IMG/VR virus record: IMGVR_UViG_3300046096_000285
Span: 1 to 64,000 of that record
Direction: 5' to 3' (one strand)
From: a virus
Length of the DNA: 64,000 bases
Shown here: piece by piece, positions 21,528 through 31,532 of the stretch
Numbering within the stretch: position 1 is the first letter of the stretch
Layout: the number at the start of each line of letters is the position of its first letter
Position numbers and translations under genes: made by a program
Notes under the pieces: model-generated
Told to the model about the DNA's origin: nothing
Database searches by the model: none
Seen by the model: the letters and a program-made list of their open reading frames with translations, nothing else

Positions 21528-22271
21528 ATGAACGATTTAATCCCTGAAGAACAAGAGCTTGCCGACGCTCTACAGCTGATTGCTGATAAGTACGGGAAGT
21601 TTAACGACGACAACACCGGCATTTGGGCTGGCTACACTCCTGCGTCTGAGAATGAGGAAAACTCCAGAATCGGCGTTAAGTGTGGTAACTGCGTCTTCTA
21701 TCTTGAGCCTAACGGATGTTCAATCATTGTTGCTGAAGTTGAAGAAGGCGGACTATGCCGTTTTGCTGTGCTTCCAGATGGTGCTGTAACTGCAACCGCT
21801 GGATCTAAGCCTGCCCCTAAGAAGGACCGAATTAGAGGCTCTGACAAGAACAAATCTGGATCTGCTGGTAGTGGTAAGGGCGTTAACTTCACTGCAGAAA
21901 TTACTAAGTCTCTAGAAAAGAAAGTTGCTACTCACAACGAGAAGGCACCTAACGGACGTAAGGTAACTCTTGCGAAGTTGAAGGCTGTCTATCGTCGAGG
22001 TGCTGGAGCCTTCTCTACTTCTCACCGGCCAGACCAGAACCGGAACTCGTGGGCGATGGCACGTGTAAACGCTTTCTTGCACTTGGTAAAGAGTGGTAAA
22101 CCTAAGAACTCTAAGTACACTACCGACAACGACTTGCTACCAAAGATGCACCCGCGTGCAAGCGAGGCATCTGATATGTCTCCTATTCTTGCAAGCCTGA
22201 TGGCTAACCTAAACTTTGACTATGATCTAGATGAAGCTCATGACGAACCTTTGGAGCCTTGGCTAAATTAA
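21528..22271 (+). CDS. hypothetical protein, Cys-cluster N-domain + basic C-domain
   Basis: CGNC...C...C then LKAVYRRGAGAF...WAMARVNAFL; leaderless start. Confidence 0.75.
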   Translation: MNDLIPEEQELADALQLIADKYGKFNDDNTGIWAGYTPASENEENSRIGVKCGNCVFYLEPNGCSIIVAEVEEGGLCRFAVLPDGAVTATAGSKPAPKKDRIRGSDKNKSGSAGSGKGVNFTAEITKSLEKKVATHNEKAPNGRKVTLAKLKAVYRRGAGAFSTSHRPDQNRNSWAMARVNAFLHLVKSGKPKNSKYTTDNDLLPKMHPRASEASDMSPILASLMANLNFDYDLDEAHDEPLEPWLN

Positions 22272-22336
22272 ATAGCTAATTTCTAATCTGCTTCGTGATA
22301 ACATTTAGGTAATCAAGTGCAGACAGGAAAGAACCT

Positions 22337-23221
22337 TTGAAAGTTTACATCGCTGGTCCAATGACTGGAATTAAAGACTGGAACTTTCCCGCTTTCTTTC
22401 AGGCCGAGGATGAGCTTGTAGCTCTTGGGTTTGATGTAATCAATCCTGCGCACAATGACGGTGCAACTGTTCAAGAAGCACTTCAGTCTGCTGGCTCTCC
22501 TGAGTCACCAAATAAGCTTTGGTCAGACTACATGAAGCGTGACCTTCCACATGTGATGGAAGTTGACATGCTTTGCTTGCTTCCTGGTTGGCAAAGCTCT
22601 CGAGGTGCTCAGTTGGAAGTGCACGTGGCGAAAGCACTAGGTCTTCCGCTTATGGTTTTGAAGGACGGAAACCTAGTTCCTCGTCTAGAGGTTCTTGGTT
22701 TGAGTGGCTATGCCAGATCTGGTAAAGATACCGTTGCCGAGCACCTAATTGAAACTCAGGGGTATACCCGTATTTCTTTTGCTGACCCCATGCGTGAGGC
22801 ATTAGTTGCTCTCGACCCAGTAATTCATCTTGGCGGCTATCCAATGGGACTAGCGTCAGCTGTACGAATGGTTGGCTGGGAGAAGCTAAAGGGTATGAGT
22901 AATGATATCCGCCCTCTTATGCAACGCTTTGGTACAGAGGTTGGTCGAGAGATGTTCGGTCAGAACTTTTGGGTAGACCTAGCCCTATCGCGAATCCCCG
23001 ATGGTGGCAAGGTTGTTTTTGCTGATGTCCGATTCCCTAATGAGGCTAATGCTATCCGTGACCTAGGTGGAGAAATCTGGCGCGTAGAGCGCGAGGGTGT
23101 AGTTGCGGCTAATGCGCACATCTCGGAGCGAGCCTTGGATGACTATATGTTTGATTCAATCATTGCAAATACTGGAACCCTAGAAGATCTTTACGCTGCC
23201 GTAGACGCGCTTATTAAATAG
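22337..23221 (+). CDS. DUF4406-like domain fused to deoxynucleoside monophosphate kinase
   Basis: VYIAGPMTG...NFPAF...LPGWQSSRGAQLE; GLSGYARSGKDT, FADPMRE, QRFGTEVGR, DVRFPNE. Confidence 0.85.
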   Translation: MKVYIAGPMTGIKDWNFPAFFQAEDELVALGFDVINPAHNDGATVQEALQSAGSPESPNKLWSDYMKRDLPHVMEVDMLCLLPGWQSSRGAQLEVHVAKALGLPLMVLKDGNLVPRLEVLGLSGYARSGKDTVAEHLIETQGYTRISFADPMREALVALDPVIHLGGYPMGLASAVRMVGWEKLKGMSNDIRPLMQRFGTEVGREMFGQNFWVDLALSRIPDGGKVVFADVRFPNEANAIRDLGGEIWRVEREGVVAANAHISERALDDYMFDSIIANTGTLEDLYAAVDALIK

Positions 23222-23258
23222 ATTTGCATTTATGAAGAAGCAGTGCTACGCTGCTTCT

Positions 23259-23717
23259 ATGATAAAAAGTAAGACTACGCATCGCGGCTCAGACTATGGT
23301 TCTGTTGATTTAGGTTCGCATCTACATTGGCCTACTGCAACAAAAACTATTGGCCCTAACTCTGTAGCTAGTGACGGATATGACCGTGCCGTTAATGAAG
23401 CCCTCTCTCACTTTGAGGGGGAGGGAGCTTTATTCACCGTTGTGCGTCGTGGAGATGGGCTGTATATTCTCAAGCCGCATGGTGAGGAAAGCAGGGTGTA
23501 CGTTCGCCTATTCAAGAGCGATGTCGGATCTTCTGAGCTAGAGGCAGATGTCTTAGATCTAGAACCTAAAAACTATCCAGCAGTTGGCTGGTTCCAGGAT
23601 GCTGCAGGAGAATTGTATTGTCACGAAGGTGAAGGCCACTGGCAGGGTATTGCACTTGCGAGATGCAAGGAACTTAATAAGTTGGCAGCAAAAGGTGAAT
23701 TGGAGTTTATTAGCTAA
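23259..23717 (+). CDS. hypothetical protein (paralog of next ORF)
   Basis: TTGCAT-17-TACGCT-6-ATG; GWFQD..GELY...LEF. Confidence 0.7.
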   Translation: MIKSKTTHRGSDYGSVDLGSHLHWPTATKTIGPNSVASDGYDRAVNEALSHFEGEGALFTVVRRGDGLYILKPHGEESRVYVRLFKSDVGSSELEADVLDLEPKNYPAVGWFQDAAGELYCHEGEGHWQGIALARCKELNKLAAKGELEFIS

Positions 23718-24139
23718 TGACAACTAAAGTATCTACTCGCCCTAAGAAGGCATCTGCTGCTGTAAAGCTTTGGGCTAATGCCCTTGCAACTAAAGATAAT
23801 GACATCATCCAGCTTCGTAAGAAGAACGGTATCCTTTACGTTATGAAAGTTATTCCGCACAGGAGTGGTACATGGGAGAAGCTTGACCCTACTGATGTAG
23901 CTGTTGTTACTGATCAATACGGTGCAAAATTGGAAGATGTAAGTCTTGCTGACCTACGTGAAGAGCTAGTTGCTCCTAAGGAGCCAAAGCCAATTCCAAG
24001 CATTCCGCTCGGCTGGTATCAGGATAACGGGGCAAACCTTTATAAGTATCTCGGTAAGGGTATCTGGGATGCTCCAATAGATATCTGGGAAAAGTTGCTT
24101 AATCTTGCAGAGTCTGATACATTAGAGTTCTTAGGTTAG
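23717..24139 (+). CDS. hypothetical protein (paralog of previous ORF)
   Basis: GWYQD.GANLY...LEF. Confidence 0.7.
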   Translation: MTTKVSTRPKKASAAVKLWANALATKDNDIIQLRKKNGILYVMKVIPHRSGTWEKLDPTDVAVVTDQYGAKLEDVSLADLREELVAPKEPKPIPSIPLGWYQDNGANLYKYLGKGIWDAPIDIWEKLLNLAESDTLEFLG

Positions 24140-24149
24140 GAGATAGCAA

Positions 24150-24335
24150 ATGGCTAAAGAACTAGTACAGATCGATATCGAGCGCGATGATGTTCATCGT
24201 CTATTATCTTACATGAAGACGGCTGAGATTGCCTATGGCAATGACCAGCAGTGGCTAGCAAGTAAGCATGCTGGTAGGCTACATACAGAACTACAAAAGC
24301 AAATCTTCTACTATGAAGGTAGTGATGAGGACTAA
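24150..24335 (+). CDS. hypothetical protein
   Basis: RBS AGGAG; coupled operon. Confidence 0.65.
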   Translation: MAKELVQIDIERDDVHRLLSYMKTAEIAYGNDQQWLASKHAGRLHTELQKQIFYYEGSDED

Positions 24336-24604
24336 TGAGTTACGCAAGGTTTAGCGCAGAGAGCGACGTATATGTCTACCACCACTACATGGGGTGGATT
24401 GAATGTTGCGCCTGCAACATAACCCCTGTAGAGCAGGGGGAGAACGTGGGATTCTTTAGGGCATACACTGCTCGAGAAATCCTGGATCACTTGGGGATGC
24501 ACTCCATGATTGGAGAGTCAATTCCGGAGCGTTGCTTCGCCCGCATTCGTGAAGAGTACCCTGACTTGGATGCCCCTATTGAAGAATATAAGCAGGAGAA
24601 GTAA
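24335..24604 (+). CDS. hypothetical protein
   Basis: MSYARF..SDVYVY...ECCAC; TAATG coupling. Confidence 0.7.
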   Translation: MSYARFSAESDVYVYHHYMGWIECCACNITPVEQGENVGFFRAYTAREILDHLGMHSMIGESIPERCFARIREEYPDLDAPIEEYKQEK

Positions 24605-25089
24605 TGGGTAACGTATTTATTACCAGTGATACTCACTTTGGGCATGCAAACATTATTAAGTATGCAAACCGCCCTTTTGATTCTGTAGAAGAGATGAACG
24701 AGGCTCTAGTAGAGAACTGGAACTCGGTTGTGAAGCAGGGAGATAAGGTCTACCACCTTGGTGATGTAACTATGAACTCTAAAGCACTAGACATCATGAC
24801 TCGTCTTAACGGGCGTAAGTGCCTTATCAAAGGCAACCACGATACCCAAAGGTTGAAGTTCTACACTCCGCACTTTTATGATATTCGTGGCTCTCATGAA
24901 TTGGGCAACTTTATCCTGACCCATATTCCCGTAGCCATTGAGCAGAAGTTGCGTTATCCAAGCGGAAACATTCATGGACACCTACACGAACAGAACATGA
25001 ATGACCCTTGGTATCTAAATGTAAGTGTGGAGCAAACTAACTATACCCCGATAGCGTTTGACGCAATAACAAAGGAGAGAAGTAAATGA
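24604..25089 (+). CDS. metallophosphoesterase
   Basis: SDTHFGH, YHLGD, GNHD, THIP, HGHLH. Confidence 0.9.
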   Translation: MGNVFITSDTHFGHANIIKYANRPFDSVEEMNEALVENWNSVVKQGDKVYHLGDVTMNSKALDIMTRLNGRKCLIKGNHDTQRLKFYTPHFYDIRGSHELGNFILTHIPVAIEQKLRYPSGNIHGHLHEQNMNDPWYLNVSVEQTNYTPIAFDAITKERSK

Positions 25090-25352
25090 GTAAAGAATCT
25101 GTCAATATGACCTATCGCTTATCGGATGGCACAGAAACTACCTATTCTGTAGAACTTCAACCTGAAAGCGATTACAACTTGATGGATAAGAAGTTTTATC
25201 AGGCAGGTGTGCAAGCCGAGCAAGAACGTATTCTTAAGTTGCTAGAGAAGATTCTTGTAGGGCAGCGCAACGGTCTCGCTTATTGCTACGAATGTGATGG
25301 CTGGGATGAACTATATCCAGATGTTGTCGCTCTTATCAAAGGAGAGAAGTAA
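25086..25352 (+). CDS. small ERERI-family protein 1
   Basis: EQERILKLLE...ALIKGEK. Confidence 0.7.
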   Translation: MSKESVNMTYRLSDGTETTYSVELQPESDYNLMDKKFYQAGVQAEQERILKLLEKILVGQRNGLAYCYECDGWDELYPDVVALIKGEK

Positions 25353-25821
25353 ATGAGAATGTTTTGGTTTTTTACCAATAAAGCATGGCTTGAGGGCTTC
25401 CTGAAGGGGGAGGCTTTTGGGGCTTATGATGAGCGACAGCGCATTATCAAGTTGCTCTCGGAGAATCAATGCGTATGTGGTTGTGAGCAGTCCAATCGAG
25501 CAGGAGACATCGCTCTTATCAAAGGAGAGAATAAGTGAGCAAGGAAGAGAATACTGAACACCTGATTAACTCATTAACTTGGTTAGGTAAAAGCATTAGC
25601 GAACCGTTACCACCTTTTCCTAAGCCAAAGTGGTATGACAGCGTTGCAAAATGGGAGTTACACTTACTTGCCTGGAAGAAGGGAGTTATCAGTGAGCGTG
25701 AGCGCATTATAAAACTGCTAGAGCCACTTGGTTGCGAGGCTAATGGTGTTGAGCATGATTGCCAAAATGGGCTGGGTTACACAACCGCAGCCGACCTTAT
25801 CGCTCTTATCAAAGGAGAGAA
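25327..25821 (+). repeat. 22-bp direct repeat TCGCTCTTATCAAAGGAGAGAA x3
   Basis: copies at 25327, 25510, 25800; partial copy at 25070. Confidence 0.9.
25353..25538 (+). CDS. small ERERI-family protein 2
   Basis: ERQRIIKLL...ALIKGENK. Confidence 0.7.
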   Translation: MRMFWFFTNKAWLEGFLKGEAFGAYDERQRIIKLLSENQCVCGCEQSNRAGDIALIKGENK

Positions 25822-25825
25822 GTAA
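25535..25825 (+). CDS. small ERERI-family protein 3
   Basis: ERERIIKLLE...ALIKGEK. Confidence 0.7.
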   Translation: MSKEENTEHLINSLTWLGKSISEPLPPFPKPKWYDSVAKWELHLLAWKKGVISERERIIKLLEPLGCEANGVEHDCQNGLGYTTAADLIALIKGEK

Positions 25826-25939
25826 ATTAGTAAACCAATCGTATGCACTAGACCAGGGTGTAGCAGTACTGAGTTTGAAAACAAGATGTTTTTCTGGGTT
25901 TGTAAGAAGTGTCGTATTGCTATTAGTAAAGGATAAGTA

Positions 25940-26137
25940 ATGGCTAAGAAGCTGACAACAATCGTGCTAGATGAGCTGACTGAGGCTCAGCAGGTTGCTA
26001 TTGATATTGTTATGGGCGAGGGCGCTTTGCGTGAGCAAGAGCGTATTCTTGCACTGCTAGAGGATGAACGTAGCAACTGTAAGTGTGAGGAACCTTTGCA
26101 GCACTTGGGGCTCCGAATTAGAAAAGACTCGGAGTAG
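25940..26137 (+). CDS. small ERERI-family protein 4
   Basis: EQERILALLE...CKC. Confidence 0.65.
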   Translation: MAKKLTTIVLDELTEAQQVAIDIVMGEGALREQERILALLEDERSNCKCEEPLQHLGLRIRKDSE

Positions 26138-26398
26138 CTTGTGAATTGTCCAAATTGTAGTACAGTTGTTTTAGTGAAGCAGCCCACCGGGCTGTGGACT
26201 TGTAGTTCATGTCTATCAAGTTGGATTGGGATTAAGGAAGAATCAAATGCTAGATAACCGAGGAATGCTAGAAGCACTAGAAGGTAGCAGGGATGTGTTT
26301 GCGCTACTTGCTGGTATGAAGAAGCAGGCAATGGACGCTGGATTCAGTGAAGAGATTGCTGAGCAAATTGTTCTTGAGATGTTGAAGAAGCAAAGCGC

Positions 26399-26812
26399 AT
26401 GAGCTCGCTAGTTAGTCAAGGGGATCTTGACAAGATTAATAAAATTACTCGTCTTCATGACGAAGCCTTCTGGCATCTACATGAGTTCGATAGTCATGCT
26501 AAAAGCAGTGATGGGCGTGTATCTATAAGTCTAAATATGGGTACGGTATGGGACCGAGAAAATGGTAACACCTATCCTCGTATTGAAGTGTCTATATATT
26601 CTTACGTTGTAGCAACTGAGGGTGGGCGTACTCATGAGTTTGAATCTATTGATGAGGCCTTAGCTGCTGTAACTGAATGGCACTCAAAGGCGCTGGCGTA
26701 CAACCCTACCCCTGAAGAGATTGCAGAAGTAGATGCTTTTGCGATTGAGATGTGGGATGCTATTAAAGATAGAGTTATTGTTATAGATGCTAGTAAGAAA
26801 GACGGAGAATAA
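26399..26812 (+). CDS. hypothetical protein
   Basis: 137-aa ORF in operon. Confidence 0.7.
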   Translation: MSSLVSQGDLDKINKITRLHDEAFWHLHEFDSHAKSSDGRVSISLNMGTVWDRENGNTYPRIEVSIYSYVVATEGGRTHEFESIDEALAAVTEWHSKALAYNPTPEEIAEVDAFAIEMWDAIKDRVIVIDASKKDGE

Positions 26813-26813
26813 A

Positions 26814-27098
26814 ATGGATGAGATCGAAAGCGCAGATGTGACTTTGTTTGAAGACAAGGCAGCTATCTTGGCTGACCTTTGGCTCAACTATCGGGAAGAC
26901 GAGAACTTCACAGAGTTCATTGCGTACAATGACTTAGGCCTACCTTTGGCATACGCAATCGCAAATGGGATTGTAGAGAGCACCGAAATGGCAGCTCGAT
27001 TTGTTGAAGAGACTTTTGAGTTACTAGTAGATGGTCTAGATATCGAGGACACTGGGTTCGAGACTTTGGACGACATGCTTGAGGCTGTAGACATTTAA
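26814..27098 (+). CDS. acidic hypothetical protein
   Basis: ILADLWLNYR...FIAYNDLGLPLAY; start moved to ATG 26814 after GGAG. Confidence 0.75.
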   Translation: MDEIESADVTLFEDKAAILADLWLNYREDENFTEFIAYNDLGLPLAYAIANGIVESTEMAARFVEETFELLVDGLDIEDTGFETLDDMLEAVDI

Positions 27099-27457
27099 TG
27101 GCTGGTGTTAGTAAGTTCGGCTGGTGTATAACTGGCCATCATGACATATGCATTGTCGAATTTACTGGGCATAGATGTGGCTGCACCTGCCATGGTGGCG
27201 TTGAAGAGCCTGTCGTAGAAGAAAATACGTAGTGTAGCATAGTTTGCTAAAGTAAAATCAAGAAAAATAGAGGGGGCTATTGTGCTGTATTTGGAATGTA
27301 GCATAGTTTAGGTCTAATTACATTACCGTCCAGTGCCTCCCGTTGTAGTCTATTGTGCTCTATTGCTGTCCGTTGATGTCTATTGATGTTTATTTGTGTA
27401 TTGAAATGCTTGTTTGGTAGTACACTAGTAGAAATAGTTCAAACGGAAGAGATCCTA

Positions 27458-27727
27458 ATGCGCGAGAGCCAGATTCGTAAGATCCAAAAGCAGCGACACA
27501 TGAGCGACATTATGGTCATGATTCTAAGTAATGGAATTTTTAAGAATCTGAATGAGCGTGACCGTAAGAAGCTGGCAGAATTAATCTACAAGGCCGAGAT
27601 TGTCGAGATGCATATGCGCGACAAGAGCCTAACCCGCGTAAACGAATCGTTCCAAGACATTGTTCAGGCGCTCATGGCAATGGATTTGGATGATGACGAA
27701 GACGACGAGTTTGACGATAAGCTTTAA
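27458..27727 (+). CDS. hypothetical protein
   Basis: likely start MRESQIR; acidic tail. Confidence 0.6.
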   Translation: MRESQIRKIQKQRHMSDIMVMILSNGIFKNLNERDRKKLAELIYKAEIVEMHMRDKSLTRVNESFQDIVQALMAMDLDDDEDDEFDDKL

Positions 27728-27797
27728 AAATCCCCGCAACATGTACTAGAATGAAAGCGCATTGAAAAATGTTTTCCTTTCGTAGGGTTGTTGGGTA

Positions 27798-27836
27798 AAA
27801 GAAAGCCCCCGGTGTTTAGCCGGGGGTTTTCCTTTT
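27798..27836. terminator. bidirectional intrinsic terminator
   Basis: AAAGCCCCCGG-TGTTTAG-CCGGGGGTTTT between convergent genes. Confidence 0.8.
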
Positions 27837-27854
27837 GACATGGAAGGGTTAGGG

Positions 27855-28688
27855 TTACGGAAGCTCGATGATCTTGGTCCAGGTGAGCTTACCGAAGACG
27901 CCATCAGCCACAAACTTGTTCTTCTTCTGAAGAGCAACTACAGCCTTAACTGTCTTAGGGTCGTAGACGCCAGTAACGGTTAGCTTCAACTTACGCTGTA
28001 CATATGAAACGTAGCGGTTCTTAGCTCCAGGAGCTAGCTTCGGGTACTTAGCTAGGTCTAGGTTCATCTCGCGAGATAGCTCATCTAGGTAGTCAATAAC
28101 TGGTGCAGCAGCAACTGGTGTTTCGGCAACTGGTGCAGCAGCCTTTGCGGCAGCTGGTGCGGCAGCGGTAGCAACAGCCGGGGTAGCCGGGGCAGCAGCT
28201 GGAGCTGGCTTTGAGTGTGCATCGATCCACTTGAATGGGTCCATAAGCTGGCTACGGTCTGCAAGGTGGCAGTTCTTTACGCGGCCCATGGCAACATGAA
28301 GATGGGCACCGGTGCTCGCAGAACCGCTCGGGGTCTTCTTACCGCCACCAACTTTACCTACAACCTGACCCATCTTGACTACTTCTCCGACATCAACGGC
28401 GGCAGTCTTTGGTGCGACGTGCGAGTACTGTGTATAGACGCCATCTGCTGCTAGTACTTCTACAACCCAGCCTAGAACGTTAGACCAGAAAACCTGGGTG
28501 ACTTTACCGTCGCAGAATGCTTTGATAGGGCTGAGTTCCTTTGGAGCCCAGTCGCCTCCGCGGTGTGGACGGCCATTACGATATGGTGCTAGATTGCCAA
28601 ATTCATCGCCACGCAGTTTCTTACCGAAGAAGTCGGTGTACTGTACGTAAGGCTTTGGCTTTGCTGGTGCTTTAGGTGCTGCAGCCAT
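27855..28688 (-). CDS. endolysin: M23 peptidase + peptidoglycan-binding domain
   Basis: HRGGD, YSH, STGAHLH; C-terminal VQRKL...G.YD.KT..AV..LQ...ADGVFG.LTW. Confidence 0.88.
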   Translation of the reverse strand: MAAAPKAPAKPKPYVQYTDFFGKKLRGDEFGNLAPYRNGRPHRGGDWAPKELSPIKAFCDGKVTQVFWSNVLGWVVEVLAADGVYTQYSHVAPKTAAVDVGEVVKMGQVVGKVGGGKKTPSGSASTGAHLHVAMGRVKNCHLADRSQLMDPFKWIDAHSKPAPAAAPATPAVATAAAPAAAKAAAPVAETPVAAAPVIDYLDELSREMNLDLAKYPKLAPGAKNRYVSYVQRKLKLTVTGVYDPKTVKAVVALQKKNKFVADGVFGKLTWTKIIELP

Positions 28689-28729
28689 GGTCTCTCCTTG
28701 TTATTTGTTTGTTGGAAGTTATATTAATT

Positions 28730-28978
28730 TTACCGCTGAGCCCATTCGCTGAGTTTAGCGAGGGCGTAGTCCTTACGGCGACGTTCCATATATGCTTGCT
28801 GGAACCGCTGAGTCTCTGTGAGACGTCGCGCGTAGTCGACTGGTCTTGGGTATGGGTTTGCTACTGTGCGTAGCGGTCTTGCTCGGTAATACACTCCGGC
28901 AGCTTCATAAGCTTCCTTGCGTAGTTCCTTACTGTTTAGCTCCATATAGAACCTGAGATACATGAAGAATCTTTTCAT
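28730..28978 (-). CDS. hypothetical protein
   Basis: leaderless ATG 6 nt after TAAAAT. Confidence 0.6.
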   Translation of the reverse strand: MKRFFMYLRFYMELNSKELRKEAYEAAGVYYRARPLRTVANPYPRPVDYARRLTETQRFQQAYMERRRKDYALAKLSEWAQR

Positions 28979-29178
28979 GAGCCAATTTTACCAGGGTGCT
29001 TATGTAGGTAGTCGTGAACTGCTTTGTGAAAGATGTCGCGCTCTACTGACCACTCAAGTTTGTCACCGTTCTCTATCTGAGCACGGTAAATCATCATGTA
29101 AGCGTATTGCCTCACGTCAGGAGTGATGTCGTGTGTTAGGCGACATTCTTCGGTTGGTTCGTTATTACTCGTTGTCAT
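28975..29178 (-). CDS. hypothetical protein
   Basis: coupled ORF. Confidence 0.55.
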   Translation of the reverse strand: MTTSNNEPTEECRLTHDITPDVRQYAYMMIYRAQIENGDKLEWSVERDIFHKAVHDYLHKHPGKIGS

Positions 29179-29359
29179 CTTCTGGCTTCTCGTAACGAAG
29201 TGGGAAAGTGATTACCCAGATCGCAAGTACTACGAGAATAAGGTTTCCGGTCAGTTCTTTAGCTGAGCCTTCGAGTACGAGCCATGCAACGACCATTCCT
29301 AAGAGGGTCCAAGCCTGGTCGATGATGTCTTTGAAAAGTGATACTAGGAAGTTCTTCAT
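29165..29359 (-). CDS. small two-TM membrane protein
   Basis: two hydrophobic segments. Confidence 0.7.
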   Translation of the reverse strand: MKNFLVSLFKDIIDQAWTLLGMVVAWLVLEGSAKELTGNLILVVLAIWVITFPLRYEKPEDDNE

Positions 29360-29361
29360 TG

Positions 29362-31224
29362 CTATTTATTCTTTCTACTTGAGTTGGTTGATTCTTTACG
29401 TGATCCGCCAGAAGCTCCTCCGCCTCCACCGGAACTTGCGGCTGCTGATGATGCTGCACCTGCGGCACCTGCAGCGGCAGCAATAGCTGCGTTACCAGCA
29501 ACAACGGCTGCAACAACTGTCTCTTCTGCTGTTTTACGAGTCTCTGGAGACATGTCAGCGCCTGCGTTACCAAGGAAGTTAATCGCGTCAACAAGGGCTT
29601 CAGCGCCTGGGATGGCTGCAAGTTCTGGGCTTAGAACAATGTCATCCGCTGCTGCTGCAACGTAGAGTGCGTCAAGGGCTTGCTCGTATTCTGCTGAACC
29701 CTTCTCTGCTGTCTCGAATGTTTGAAGTGCAGCTTCCTTCAAGGCCTCTGCTTGCTGTGGAGTTAGGTCAGTGGCAACAATCTCGGTAAGGTCGATCTTC
29801 GTTAGAAGTTCGGCGCTGATGATTTCTGGAAGCTGTTCGGCAGAAGTAATCTCTTCTTCTTTTACAACTGGCGGTTCAGGCTCTACTGGTGTAGGCTCTG
29901 GAGCAGGTTCAGGTATAACAACAGGAGGTTCAGGTGTCGGTTCAACAACAGGTGGTTCAGGTACTACTACTGGCGGTTCTGGTTCCGCTGGTACCGTTGG
30001 TTCTGGTGTTGGCTCTACTGGTGGCTGTGGAGTGGGAGTCGGTTCTGGTGTTGGCTCTGGTTGCGGTTCTGGCGACGGACTTGGTGCTAAAGGCAAAGTT
30101 GGCTCTGGCTGTGGAGTCGGAGTAGGGGTAGGGTCAACTACTGGGTCTAGTGTTGGAGTAGGGGTTGGCTCCGGGATTACGATTGGCGGGATCACGGGTG
30201 TTGGCTCTGGAGTTGGGATTGGTTCATAGTTGACTACAAAGATGAGAACCTTAACTGTGCCACCTGCTGGGTCTCCATATCGATTGTCTGAGTCAATCGT
30301 GACGGAGGTCTGTCCGCTGGCTAGCTGAGTTAGTTGTGATGAAACTTCGATGCCACGTGAACCGTCAGCCGGGTCACCGTACCAAGCAGTGACGCTTACA
30401 ATCCTCTGTCCTGCTGGAGCAATGACTTCAATAGATGAACCCTCTCCTAGTAAGGTAGCTCCCTCTGGAATGAATGGCGTTGGAGTAGTAGGCTGAGGGG
30501 TCGGCTCTGGAGTTACAACTGGTTCTGGGGTAGGTTCAACGGTTGGTTGAGGAGTCGGCTCTGGCGTTGGGGTTTGTATAGGGGTTGGTTCTGGGGTAGG
30601 TGTGACTGGCTCTGGAGTTAGTACTGGCGGAGTCTCGACCTGAACAACGCCATACTCTTCAAGCGTGGCAATCTGGCCGTTAGTTAGTCGAACTCCAGTA
30701 CGAGTCTGACCTTCGTAGGTTGGACCTGTTAGGGAGTATGAGATGGCTACTGTTCCGTCAATGTTGATGGCGGCAACAATATTAATGTTCGTTGGTTCTG
30801 TAGCATTCTGTAGCCAAATCGGACGAGCCGAGATGTCTACCTGAAAACCTCCGTCAGATGCGCGAATGATTAGGTGCTCGTCTGAGCGCTGGTTAGGGTA
30901 GACAACCCAGTCCATGGAGTATAGGGAGATAGATGGTGTCTGTGGATAGGTCCAGTAGGTTCCATCTGGCTTTCCGAATGTGATGACTGAGTTCGTTGTA
31001 GCGTAGACGTTGCTGTACTGCACTCCGTCAAAGGTAACAGTGGTTGTCAGTGGTATCTGGTAGGACGAGTCATCGCCACCGGGGGTAGTAACTACAACAA
31101 CTACCGGCTCTGCAGGTGCTGGCTCTTCAGCCATCGCTGAGGTTGCAACCGCTATAGGTGCGAATGCTAGAAATGCTGCTAGGTATAGTCTTATAGACTT
31201 ACGCGCTAGTTTGGTGTTGAACAA
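29362..31224 (-). CDS. secreted/surface protein with Pro-Thr/Pro-Glu repeat stalks
   Basis: signal peptide (AMA-EE), PTPEPT repeats, C-terminal Ala-rich hydrophobic stretch and basic tail. Confidence 0.8.
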   Translation of the reverse strand: MFNTKLARKSIRLYLAAFLAFAPIAVATSAMAEEPAPAEPVVVVVTTPGGDDSSYQIPLTTTVTFDGVQYSNVYATTNSVITFGKPDGTYWTYPQTPSISLYSMDWVVYPNQRSDEHLIIRASDGGFQVDISARPIWLQNATEPTNINIVAAINIDGTVAISYSLTGPTYEGQTRTGVRLTNGQIATLEEYGVVQVETPPVLTPEPVTPTPEPTPIQTPTPEPTPQPTVEPTPEPVVTPEPTPQPTTPTPFIPEGATLLGEGSSIEVIAPAGQRIVSVTAWYGDPADGSRGIEVSSQLTQLASGQTSVTIDSDNRYGDPAGGTVKVLIFVVNYEPIPTPEPTPVIPPIVIPEPTPTPTLDPVVDPTPTPTPQPEPTLPLAPSPSPEPQPEPTPEPTPTPQPPVEPTPEPTVPAEPEPPVVVPEPPVVEPTPEPPVVIPEPAPEPTPVEPEPPVVKEEEITSAEQLPEIISAELLTKIDLTEIVATDLTPQQAEALKEAALQTFETAEKGSAEYEQALDALYVAAAADDIVLSPELAAIPGAEALVDAINFLGNAGADMSPETRKTAEETVVAAVVAGNAAIAAAAGAAGAASSAAASSGGGGGASGGSRKESTNSSRKNK

Positions 31225-31337
31225 ATGAGGCTCCCGTAGGTAGACCTCTCCCTCTACTATTTTACCATTTGCCTGTTGAGTTGTTAGGGTGCTAGGGTGT
31301 AGAGTGTAGGGTATAAACCCTTAAAAGGAGATGCGAA

Positions 31338-31481
31338 ATGGTAGTTTCATTTGTAATTGACTGGACGTCAGTCTGGATTGGCGCTGCTGTAACAGTGGCC
31401 CTAGAGTTCGTAGCGTTGGTTATTGTGGCTTCGGTTACTTACCGTAAGCAGAAGCGTTCTAGTAAGCGCCGTGTGCTGTAG
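31338..31481 (+). CDS. small membrane protein (47 aa)
   Basis: AAGGAG RBS, hydrophobic helix, basic tail, followed by terminator at 31501-31531. Confidence 0.55.
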   Translation: MVVSFVIDWTSVWIGAAVTVALEFVALVIVASVTYRKQKRSSKRRVL

Positions 31482-31532
31482 TTTGACTTAGCTAGCCCTT
31501 AAACCCTCTTGCCTTCGGCAAGGGGGTTTTTG

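Noticed and set aside
23259-24139. Tandem paralog pair as a special system
   Set aside because: Looks like an ordinary local duplication with no further structure.
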